From the IMG/VR virus record IMGVR_UViG_3300028840_008158: a stretch of 57,056 bases of DNA, one strand, 5' to 3'. The stretch comes from an uncultured virus (IMG/VR IMGVR_UViG_3300028840_008158) (taxonomy: Duplodnaviria > Heunggongvirae > Uroviricota > Caudoviricetes). Positions 1 to 7,215 of the stretch are shown here, piece after piece. Each line of letters starts with the position of its first letter. Position 1 is the stretch's first letter. The position numbers and the translations under genes are program-made. Below the pieces are notes generated by a model. The model was not told where the DNA came from and searched no databases. It saw nothing but the letters and a program-made list of their open reading frames with translations.

Positions 1-191
1 AGCTTGGACCAGAAGCTCGTCGAGATGAGCAAGGAGAAGTTCGGGATTCGCGCGATCGGGTCCTCCGTCTCGGGGATGTCCCCGCTGGCGCGCAAGGACG
101 TCAAGGCCGCGCTACGGATGAGCAAGGAGGAGGAGGCCGAGTTCGAGGAGGGGATGGCGGCGGACTTGTTCGGCAACGACGAGGAGGAAAA

Positions 192-440
192 GTGGAAGCC
201 ATTGAGCATTTTGGCAAACCCCAGAGAGAATGCGAGGTCTGCAAGAAGCGGATAACGGAGTTCCGCATCCTGAGGATCAAGGTCTCGGCCAAGTCCGGCG
301 AGAAGCTCGCCGATCTGCGATACGAGGTTCCGCTCTGCGAGAAGCATCGCGGGGACGAATCGGCGGCCGTCAACGTCGGGGTTTCCTGGGAGAAGGAGCT
401 ATACAAGGATGACGGCAAGGAAGCTCTCGTGGCCAAGTAA
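192..440 (+). CDS. small hypothetical protein, possible Zn-binding (CxxC...CxxH)
   Basis: GAGGAGG RBS before GTG; CEVC and CEKH motifs; overlaps partial upstream ORF 4-255. Confidence 0.45.
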   Translation: MEAIEHFGKPQRECEVCKKRITEFRILRIKVSAKSGEKLADLRYEVPLCEKHRGDESAAVNVGVSWEKELYKDDGKEALVAK

Positions 441-701
441 GCCGGGCGCGAACTGGAAGGTGCTCCGGGGAAGGAGGGGGATTCATTTCCCCGACTTGTT
501 CAACGTTCTTGATCAACGGGTATACGAGGGCGTGAAGGGCCGGTTCGGGTTCTGGGGGATGGAGGTCGTTAATAAGATCGCCGACGAGATGCGCGCCTTC
601 GTAGTTACGGGGCCGTTCGGGTACGTTCTAGATCGTCGCGTCGTGTGGGATTTTGACGTGCGTTGGGGACGTTTTCCCCAAGGACCAAAGGAGAACGAAA
701 A

Positions 702-1580
702 ATGAGGCGACGTAAATTCCTGGCCGTGACAATGCTGGCCCTCCTGGCGGCTTGCAGCAAACCAACGACCCCGGATCCCGTCCTGACCCACGGAGATGAC
801 CGGGCTCTCCTGGTGGGGATCAACGAGTATCCAGGAGCGCCGCTGAGGGGATGCGTGAACGACGTCAACAACGTGAAGGAATACCTGATCAAGGAACAAG
901 CGTTCCCCGCCGACAGGATCATCGTCCTGACCGACAAGGACGCCACGCGAAACGCCATATGGAAGAAGCTGGAGTGGCTCGTCGCCGACGCCAAGGCCGG
1001 GGACCGCCGCTACTTCCATTTCTCTGGGCATGGTACGGAGTTCGCCGGTCGCGAGACCGAAACGCAGCCCGGGGGCATGAACCAGGTCATCTGTCCATAC
1101 GACTTCGACTGGACCGAGAAGACGATGGTCATGGACGTCGAGTTCAGGGACCTCTTCAAGAAGATGCCCGAGGGCGTCGTGTTCAACTGGGCCAGCGACT
1201 CGTGTCATTCCGGCGACCTGACTAGGGACCTCGGGCGCCCCGAGGCCAAGCCGAGGCGCTACCCCACGACTCCGGACGACGTCAAGGCCCGGATCAAGAA
1301 GGCGAAGGAGCTCGGGCTGAAGGGGAAGGGATTCATCGGCGGCCTCCTGGACGTGGGATACGTCTCCGGATGCAAGTACGACCAGACGTCGGCCGACGCC
1401 TACGAGGATGGCGAGTATTGCGGGGCGATGACCCATTTCCTCCTGAAGACGCTACGGGAGATGCCTGACAAGCCCCTCGTGGAGGTCGTCAAGGAGCTCA
1501 ACGTCAAGCTGGCCTACAAGTTCTATACCCAAAGGCCGCAATGCGAGGGGGCACGGTTCAACAAGCCCTTCCTGAAATGA
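702..1580 (+). CDS. metacaspase / caspase-family peptidase C14 with lipoprotein signal peptide
   Basis: RALLVGINEY, LRGCVND, catalytic HFSGHG and SDSCHSG; N-terminus MRRRKFLAVTMLALLAAC (lipobox). Confidence 0.9.
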   Translation: MRRRKFLAVTMLALLAACSKPTTPDPVLTHGDDRALLVGINEYPGAPLRGCVNDVNNVKEYLIKEQAFPADRIIVLTDKDATRNAIWKKLEWLVADAKAGDRRYFHFSGHGTEFAGRETETQPGGMNQVICPYDFDWTEKTMVMDVEFRDLFKKMPEGVVFNWASDSCHSGDLTRDLGRPEAKPRRYPTTPDDVKARIKKAKELGLKGKGFIGGLLDVGYVSGCKYDQTSADAYEDGEYCGAMTHFLLKTLREMPDKPLVEVVKELNVKLAYKFYTQRPQCEGARFNKPFLK

Positions 1581-1930
1581 CGGGGGCCGCATGGACAGGA
1601 AAGCATACGAGGACAAGATAAGGAAGGGATACGAGGAACTGCGCGGCTATCCCCCGACCAAGGAATCCATCGACTTGATAATGGGAATCTGCTGCGACTT
1701 GGCGAAGCTCAGGATGAGGTCTCTCGAGGCCCAAGCCAATGTCCGCCGATCATAACGTCTTGAGCCACCAGACGTAGAACGCCCACGGGACGAGCAGCAG
1801 GAGCGGGGACAACGCCCAGCCCCACGAGATCGCGAACCAAACCTTCAGGAGGACCAGGGCTCCGGTCCCGCCGATGGCGATGACGGGGGGAAGAACGAGG
1901 GCGAGCGCCATCAAAGGGAAAATCCACATC

Positions 1931-2587
1931 TCATTCTTCCTTTAGGATCAAGCCCAGGCTCTTCGCGTCCAGCTCGCCCTTCAGCTTCAGGTATTTCGTT
2001 ATGATGTTCGATCCCACGAGGAGCGCCTTGTCCTTTTCGAGGGGGAACATCGCGATGCCGAGCGCGATCACGCGGCCTTTCTCGTCGAGGACGGGCCCCC
2101 CGCTGCTCCCGTGATTGAAGTCCTCTATGCGGGCCGTCCATAGGGGACCAATGCGCTCCGTCATCTTCCCCTTCTTCATCGACATCTCCATCCCGACGAA
2201 GAAGTTGGGGTTGATGATCTTTTGCCCCTCCTTGGGCCCCTTCTCCTCGATATTCAGGACGAACGGCGGCTTGATCGCCGGCCTGAGGACGCATAGGTCG
2301 AACGTCCTGTCCAGCTTGACGATCTCGCAGCGTATCCATCCGACGGGGAAATCGACGAGGATTTCCTTTGGTTTCTCGCCGTTCTTGGCGAGGTTACCCG
2401 CGTAGAGGATGACGTGGGCCGCCGTGATGATGTAATCGTTGCCGTCGTGCCTGACCGGGAAGGATAGCCCGTGTTGCGAGCAAAGCGTTTGCTTGTCGGG
2501 CTGGAAGTTGGACTTGACGCGGAAGGCGAACGGTTCGCCGCCCAAGGCGGCCGCGCACAAGAGGAACAACAGGGTCGCGTATCGCAT
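1931..2587 (-). CDS. secreted trypsin-like serine protease
   Basis: signal peptide MRYATLLFLLCAAALG; TAAHV, DLCVL, HGSSGGPV triad motifs. Confidence 0.85.
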   Translation of the reverse strand: MRYATLLFLLCAAALGGEPFAFRVKSNFQPDKQTLCSQHGLSFPVRHDGNDYIITAAHVILYAGNLAKNGEKPKEILVDFPVGWIRCEIVKLDRTFDLCVLRPAIKPPFVLNIEEKGPKEGQKIINPNFFVGMEMSMKKGKMTERIGPLWTARIEDFNHGSSGGPVLDEKGRVIALGIAMFPLEKDKALLVGSNIITKYLKLKGELDAKSLGLILKEE

Positions 2588-2625
2588 TTCTTTGACCCCG
2601 CTGGTATATTCCCCCAGAACTTGCC

Positions 2626-3036
2626 TCAAACCTTCACGACCAGGAACGAAAACAGGAAGCGCCCGTCCTTCAATCTCATCCGGAAGGACTGCAAGCCCGG
2701 GTCCTTGAAGGAGGCTTCCTTACCGGAGGCGAGGAGGTCGACGCCGCGCTTGAAGAGCTCGTCGAGGCTGCCCGGCGGCGACGTGGGCTCGAGGAACATG
2801 GTGGTGGACTTGACTGATCCCGACATCGAGTACGAGTTCGACCATGCCCGGATGCGAAGGGTCGCCTTGTCCTCTATCTTGATCCTGATGGCGTCGCCCG
2901 TATCCAGGCGTTCCTCGGCCCAGGACAGGACGCCCTCGAGCCTACCGCGCAACGCCACCTCGGACGCCACGTCCTCGATGTCATCCCGGGACAGCGATCT
3001 CCATGACCCGCGCTTGCGCTCGCGGACGACGATCAT
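2626..3036 (-). CDS. hypothetical protein
   Basis: ORF with GGAGA RBS, protein-like composition. Confidence 0.5.
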   Translation of the reverse strand: MIVVRERKRGSWRSLSRDDIEDVASEVALRGRLEGVLSWAEERLDTGDAIRIKIEDKATLRIRAWSNSYSMSGSVKSTTMFLEPTSPPGSLDELFKRGVDLLASGKEASFKDPGLQSFRMRLKDGRFLFSFLVVKV

Positions 3037-3113
3037 TGGATCTCCCCCTGTCGTCATCTTACGTCCCTTGCGCGAGCCCTCCTGCATGGTATGATGAATA
3101 CGAGGAGGACGTC

Positions 3114-3284
3114 ATGGCCAACAAGGAGAAGACGGAGAAGGACGCCTGGAAGAAGGTTTCCGACAGCGCCGAGGAGATGGTCTCGTCCATCGAGAAGGGC
3201 GGCAGCGAGGCCTCGATCAAGAAGGCGACTGACAAGTTCCGGGGGGCGTCCTCGGACTACATGAAACTTGTCTCCAAAAAATAA
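3114..3284 (+). CDS. small hypothetical protein
   Basis: GAGGAGG RBS, TATGAT upstream, 56 aa. Confidence 0.55.
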   Translation: MANKEKTEKDAWKKVSDSAEEMVSSIEKGGSEASIKKATDKFRGASSDYMKLVSKK

Positions 3285-3295
3285 AGGAATTGGGC

Positions 3296-3324
3296 TTGCG
3301 GCGTCCAATCTATTGGTGTATTAT
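3296..3324 (+). promoter_or_regulatory. sigma70-like promoter of tRNA array 1
   Basis: TTGCGG-17 nt-TATTAT with A-rich UP-like tract upstream. Confidence 0.65.
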
Positions 3325-3383
3325 GATTCTAGCGAGGCCGGGACCCTGACTAGGGCCGGCCCTTGAGCCAAGGATCGAGGATC

Positions 3384-3440
3384 ATGTCAAGAAACGGTTG
3401 TCGGTTTAACGGTAGGATGAATCGAGGGCTGAGCCCTTGA
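3384..3440 (+). CDS. attenuator leader peptide 1 (MSRNGCRFNGRMNRGLSP)
   Basis: AAGGA/GAGGA RBS; codons AGA, CGG, AGG, CGA, GGT x2, GGG, TGT, TTT, ATG x2 match every anticodon type of array 1; stop codon lies in the antiterminator arm. Confidence 0.75.
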   Translation: MSRNGCRFNGRMNRGLSP

Positions 3441-3501
3441 GCGAAGTCGTTTTTCCCCGACGACGCTTGAGGGCGAGCCAGAGGCTCGCCCTTCTTGTTT
3501 T
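3433..3501 (+). terminator. attenuator 1: antiterminator (3433-3443 with 3464-3474) overlapping intrinsic terminator (3469-3493 plus U tract)
   Basis: GCCCTTGAGCG/CGCTTGAGGGC 11 bp incl. 2 G-U; GAGGGCGAGCC-AGA-GGCTCGCCCTT then CTTGTTTT. Confidence 0.8.
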
Positions 3502-3507
3502 CGGGGA

Positions 3508-3521
3508 GGATCTTTGACAAG
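3508..3521 (+). promoter_or_regulatory. boxA-like antitermination motif
   Basis: GGATCTTTGACAAG; TCTTTGACAAG repeated at 9970-9980 in the same position relative to terminator and first tRNA. Confidence 0.55.
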
Positions 3522-3539
3522 CGAATAAGCCGGACGCGC

Positions 3540-3616
3540 CCAGGGGTGGTGTAGGTCGGTCTGCACGCCTGCCTGAAGAGCAGGAGGTACTGGTTCGATT
3601 CCAGTTCCCTGGGCCA
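3540..3616 (+). tRNA. tRNA-Phe(GAA)
   Basis: cloverleaf, anticodon arm CCTGC-CTGAAGA-GCAGG, TTCGATT, CCA. Confidence 0.85.
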
Positions 3617-3620
3617 GTTC

Positions 3621-3696
3621 CCAGGGGTAGTGTAGTTGGATGGCACGCGACCCTGAAGACGTCGAGGCGGCGGTTCGAATCCGCCCCCCTGGACCA
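3621..3696 (+). tRNA. tRNA-Phe(GAA)
   Basis: CCAGGGG/CCCCTGG acceptor, loop CTGAAGA, TTCGAAT, ACCA. Confidence 0.85.
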
Positions 3697-3743
3697 TTTA
3701 ACTCAAACGAGGAACAAACGTTACGTTGTAGGATGAAAGTAAG

Positions 3744-3929
3744 ATGACGAAGTTGAAGAAGGACCTTGCCCTGAAGTTGTACAGGCTTAGGGAGAAGGAC
3801 GAGAGACTGTACGAGGAATGCATGACCGTCCTCCCGCGAGACGTTCGCGACGAGGTGACGGACGCCATGCAACTCATGGTCCTGCTGGACGAGCAGGAAC
3901 GGAGAGAAGAGATTGTCGCGGGCGGCTAG
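3744..3929 (+). CDS. small hypothetical protein inside tRNA array
   Basis: 61-aa ORF; stop codon lies inside the next tRNA gene. Confidence 0.5.
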   Translation: MTKLKKDLALKLYRLREKDERLYEECMTVLPRDVRDEVTDAMQLMVLLDEQERREEIVAGG

Positions 3930-3992
3930 GCGTGGTCGTCTGGCGGGGCTCATATCCCTGCAATCGGGGTTCGATTCCCTGGCCCGCTACCA
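3917..3992 (+). tRNA. tRNA-Met(CAT), initiator-like
   Basis: C1:U72 mismatch, three G-C pairs closing loop CTCATAT, ACCA. Confidence 0.75.
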
Positions 3993-4078
3993 AATCAAGT
4001 CCCCTCCGACCGCAAAGACCCGGTCATCCGGCCGCACCGGCCCTGATGGATTACCGGCGAGCTTCCGAGGGGCGAAAA

Positions 4079-4151
4079 AGCGACGACGGCGTAGAGTCGA
4101 CCTAGCTCTCATAAGGCTGGGGAGAGGGTGCGATCCCCTCCGTCGCTACCA
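4079..4151 (+). tRNA. tRNA-Met/Ile2(CAT), atypical
   Basis: AGCGACG/CGTCGCT acceptor, loop CTCATAA, T-loop TGCGATC, ACCA. Confidence 0.65.
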
Positions 4152-4155
4152 GATT

Positions 4156-4231
4156 CGCCGCGTAGCCAAGCGGGCAAGGCGACGGATTGCAACTCCGTTA
4201 CGCGCTGGTTCGAATCCAGCCGCGGCGTCCA
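4156..4231 (+). tRNA. tRNA-Cys(GCA)
   Basis: ACGGA-TTGCAAC-TCCGT, U73, CCA. Confidence 0.9.
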
Positions 4232-4238
4232 AGATCGA

Positions 4239-4315
4239 CGCAGGGTGGAGCAGCCTGGCAGCTCGCCAGCCTCATAAGCTGGAGGTCGGAGGTTCGAATC
4301 CTCTCCCTGCTACCA
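4239..4315 (+). tRNA. tRNA-Met(CAT), fMet-like acceptor
   Basis: CGCAGGGTGGAGCAGCCTGG start, CCAGC-CTCATAA-GCTGG, ACCA. Confidence 0.9.
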
Positions 4316-4318
4316 AAC

Positions 4319-4394
4319 GTGGGTGTGGTGTAGCGGCTCTGCACGCGACCTTGCCAAGGTCGAGGTACCGGTTCGACCCCGGTCATCCACTCCA
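4319..4394 (+). tRNA. tRNA-Gly(GCC)
   Basis: CGACC-TTGCCAA-GGTCG, TCCA end. Confidence 0.9.
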
Positions 4395-4395
4395 A

Positions 4396-4469
4396 GCTGG
4401 CGTAGCTCAATGGTAGAGCACTTGGTTCCCAACCAAGGTACGGGAGTTCGATTCTCCTCGTCAGCTCCA
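4396..4469 (+). tRNA. tRNA-Gly(CCC)
   Basis: CTTGG-TTCCCAA-CCAAG, TCCA end. Confidence 0.9.
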
Positions 4470-4480
4470 AAGGAGGCCAA

Positions 4481-4741
4481 ATGGCCCATTTCGTGTTCGT
4501 GATAGACGACAAATTCGTGTACAAGCGGCTGGCGCCGGACAAGCGAGAGGCCGAGAAGCACGCCGCGGAGAAATATCCAGGGGCGAAAGAAATCAAGTTC
4601 GTGGGCAAGAACAGCGACCCAAACGACCGTGGATGGACGATTTACGACAGGTGGACGAAGAAGATCGCGGCCAAGGAGGAGAAAGAGGCCAAGGATCAGG
4701 CGAAAAAAGAGGCGAAGGGTCCAGCAGAAGAGGTTCCATGA
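4481..4741 (+). CDS. hypothetical protein
   Basis: AAGGAGG RBS, 86 aa. Confidence 0.65.
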   Translation: MAHFVFVIDDKFVYKRLAPDKREAEKHAAEKYPGAKEIKFVGKNSDPNDRGWTIYDRWTKKIAAKEEKEAKDQAKKEAKGPAEEVP

Positions 4742-4780
4742 GGGCCACGGGATCTCCGCTCGTCTCATAGAACCTCCATA

Positions 4781-4855
4781 GGGGCAGATGGCAAACGGTG
4801 CGCCGAACGTCTGCAAAGCGTTTCTTAGCGGGTTCGACTCCCGCCTGCCCCTCCA
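4781..4855 (+). tRNA. tRNA-Cys(GCA)
   Basis: AACGT-CTGCAAA-GCGTT, GGGGCAG/CTGCCCC, TCCA. Confidence 0.85.
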
Positions 4856-4857
4856 GC

Positions 4858-4933
4858 TTCCCCGTGGTCCAAAGGACGAGGGCGCAGGCCTCCGGAGCCT
4901 GAGGTCCGGGTTCGATTCCCGGCGGGGATGCCA
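4858..4933 (+). tRNA. tRNA-Arg(CCG)
   Basis: CAGGC-CTCCGGA-GCCTG, TTCGATT, GCCA. Confidence 0.85.
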
Positions 4934-4948
4934 AACGAGGGGGTCGAC

Positions 4949-5185
4949 ATGAGCAACCGAATCCCGACCCGGATCGTCCCCCTGGATTGCGATTGCTGCG
5001 GCTCCCCCGTCCAGACGATGTCGAGCTGCCTTTTTTGCGAGGCGATCCTTTGCGTTGAATGCAAGATGGCTCACGACTGCGATGGCGGCACGAGTCGTCC
5101 CAGGGGCCTCAAGGCGGCGAGGAAGTCGTCGCGGCGAAGGAAGAAGCCCCGGAAGAAGCCGCGCAAGCCCCTTCGCAAGACCTAA
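4949..5185 (+). CDS. small Cys-rich Zn-finger protein with basic tail
   Basis: CDCC, CLFC, CVEC motifs; GAGGGG RBS. Confidence 0.5.
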   Translation: MSNRIPTRIVPLDCDCCGSPVQTMSSCLFCEAILCVECKMAHDCDGGTSRPRGLKAARKSSRRRKKPRKKPRKPLRKT

Positions 5186-5259
5186 GCCCCCGTAGTGTAA
5201 TGATAGCACGATCGTCTTCTAAGCGATCAGCCCAGGGTGAGTACCTGGCGGGGGTACCA
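5186..5259 (+). tRNA. tRNA-Arg(TCT)
   Basis: ATCGT-CTTCTAA-GCGAT; atypical T-loop GTGAGTA; ACCA. Confidence 0.8.
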
Positions 5260-5288
5260 ATTGACTTGAACGATGTTCTGGATACAAT

Positions 5289-5364
5289 GCCCTCGTAGTG
5301 TAGTGGAGCGCACGCGACGCTTCGAACGTCGAAGAGGCGGGTTCGATTCCTCCCGAGGGTGCCA
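5289..5364 (+). tRNA. tRNA-Arg(TCG)
   Basis: CGACG-CTTCGAA-CGTCG, GCCA. Confidence 0.85.
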
Positions 5365-5722
5365 AATGAGACAAATCTTGTTCGTAACGCCCGGGGGTCT
5401 CCGTCGCTCGTATTGCAACGCGGCCCCGTTTTCTTCCATCTGGGGGCGCAATGAGATGATCCGCGATGCGTGGCATAGAGACGCGCGTCGCCTGACGTTG
5501 ACGGCGGTGATCATTCATCATGCATGCCTCCCGGGCTTGGAAGACAGGCCGCTCTGATGAGACATCTCGTGAACGCGATCTACGATGGTTGCTGTGCCGA
5601 GGCGAGGCTCCATGTCCGTTCCGGCAGTCGGTTGAACATCATAGCGACGGTCATGGACGCCATGCGAAAGGTCGACTACGAATACACGTACGTGATGGAA
5701 GATTCGATGAAGAACAAAACGC

Positions 5723-5797
5723 GCCCCCGTAGTGTAGCGCATCGCACGGCTCCGTCCTAAGGAGCAAGGGAGGGTTGGACTCCTTCCGGGGGTACCA
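5723..5797 (+). tRNA. tRNA-Arg(CCT)
   Basis: GCTCC-GTCCTAA-GGAGC, T-loop TTGGACT, ACCA. Confidence 0.8.
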
Positions 5798-6037
5798 AAA
5801 GGAATCGGGAATGAGCTGCTTGTCGAGCTTCTTGTTGACGGACGAGGGACTTCCAGGATATCCCGCGCCCAGGTATGACATGCGCGTCGTATGGAATCCT
5901 CCTCATGCGCCCGTGATGGATAGCGGCGAGCTCATCTCCATGGGTTCGCGCCCGTGGTGGCGTCGCCATGCCATGATCGCGCCCTGGAACGGCGCGTTGA
6001 TCGAAGCCTACGAGTCGTGGGTATACGCCATGAAAGA

Positions 6038-6751
6038 TCAATCATAAAGCCCGATGGCGTGCTTGTACATGACCGAGAGCTTGTCCTCCAGGCCGCATTT
6101 GTTGCATCGCATCCTCTCGAGGTTGGCGGTCAGCTCCTCGGGCGTCGAGTCGATCGTACCGATCTTGTGGCAGAGCGGCGATTCGCCCGCGACGATGGTC
6201 CCGTCGACGTTGATGGACGGCGTACACATCTTGGCGCCCTGGCGCAAGAACTTGATCGCCTCCCTCACGTCCCCCGTGGAACGCGTCACGCTTCGCAGGT
6301 TGAAGCACGTCGGGGCTTGCTTGTCGCATTTGATCTCGTTGGCGACGGCCCTCCCCAGCGGAATGATCGTCCTTATGCGGTCCTCATACCGGAACAGGGG
6401 ATGATCGAACTTCTCGATCCTGGTCTTGTAGAAGCGCGGGTCGGCAGTGACCTGGACCCAAATCCCTAGCCTGATTACCTCCTCGCGCAGCGCGTCATCT
6501 TCCAGGAACATGCCGTTGCTGAGCATGACGACGCGGGACAGTCGTTCCGTGGCGACGGATAGGAACTCCAGCGCCCGGGGATGGTCCATGGGTTCGCCCC
6601 CGGAAACGAGCATGAAAGACAACGTGTTGGAATCAATGAAGTCGATGATCTTTCGGAACGTCTCCATGGTCATGTGCTCCCCGGAAGGGGACGCCTCGAC
6701 CATGCAATGAGGGCAGTTCATGCGGCATTTGTGGGTTATACGCACGAGCAT
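6038..6751 (-). CDS. radical SAM protein with C-terminal Cys cluster
   Basis: CRMNCPHC (CxxxCxxC), SGGEP, C-terminal CxxC. Confidence 0.85.
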   Translation of the reverse strand: MLVRITHKCRMNCPHCMVEASPSGEHMTMETFRKIIDFIDSNTLSFMLVSGGEPMDHPRALEFLSVATERLSRVVMLSNGMFLEDDALREEVIRLGIWVQVTADPRFYKTRIEKFDHPLFRYEDRIRTIIPLGRAVANEIKCDKQAPTCFNLRSVTRSTGDVREAIKFLRQGAKMCTPSINVDGTIVAGESPLCHKIGTIDSTPEELTANLERMRCNKCGLEDKLSVMYKHAIGLYD

Positions 6752-6803
6752 GCCTCGTCCTCCTGCCCGTGGGGACGGGCCTTCTTTTCACCTGACGTCC
6801 GGC

Positions 6804-6831
6804 TTGACATCGCTTGTCATGGGGGTAGGAT
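6804..6831 (+). promoter_or_regulatory. sigma70-like promoter
   Basis: TTGACA-16 nt-TAGGAT. Confidence 0.6.
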
Positions 6832-6851
6832 GACGTTGGAGGTGGAACGTC

Positions 6852-7025
6852 ATGAAGACCAGGAAAGAGGCGCGTTTCGGGACGCCGGAAGAGGTTCGTA
6901 ACCAGGTCGAGGAGTTGTACCAGAAGTACGGCTTTGGGAAAACGAACAAGAAGCCCAGGCTAAACGAGGACGAGCCCCCGGCGTGGGTCGTGGAAATCGC
7001 CGAGAAGGCGGCGAAAAAGGATTGA
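6852..7025 (+). CDS. 57-aa hypothetical protein (not in ORF track)
   Basis: GGAGGT RBS; MKTRKEARFGTPEEVRNQ...AEKAAKKD. Confidence 0.55.
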   Translation: MKTRKEARFGTPEEVRNQVEELYQKYGFGKTNKKPRLNEDEPPAWVVEIAEKAAKKD

Positions 7026-7030
7026 GTTGT

Positions 7031-7103
7031 GCGTCGATAGCTCAGCGGCAGAGCGTTCGGCTCTTTAACCGAATGGACGCAGGTTCGAGCCCTGCTCGGC
7101 GCA
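7031..7103 (+). tRNA. tRNA-like RNA, Lys-like, 8-nt anticodon loop (CTCTTTAA), no encoded CCA
   Basis: GCGTCGA/TCGGCGC acceptor, canonical D and T arms, TTCGG-CTCTTTAA-CCGAA. Confidence 0.7.
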
Positions 7104-7117
7104 TTGAAAATTGAGGT

Positions 7118-7193
7118 TGTTGGGTAGCTCAGCGGTAGAGCGTTCGGCTCATAATCCGAATGGACGCAGGTTCGAGCCCTGCCCCAACAACCA
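7118..7193 (+). tRNA. tRNA-like RNA, Met-like, 8-nt anticodon loop (CTCATAAT)
   Basis: TGTTGGG/CCCAACA acceptor, TTCGG-CTCATAAT-CCGAA, ACCA; arms almost identical to 7031-7103. Confidence 0.7.
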
Positions 7194-7215
7194 TCATATT
7201 ATCAAGGAGGGGATC

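Noticed and set aside
5261..5288. TTGACT-16-TACAAT promoter-like match
   Set aside because: The -10 abuts the first base of tRNA-Arg(TCG), so transcription would start inside the tRNA; not called.
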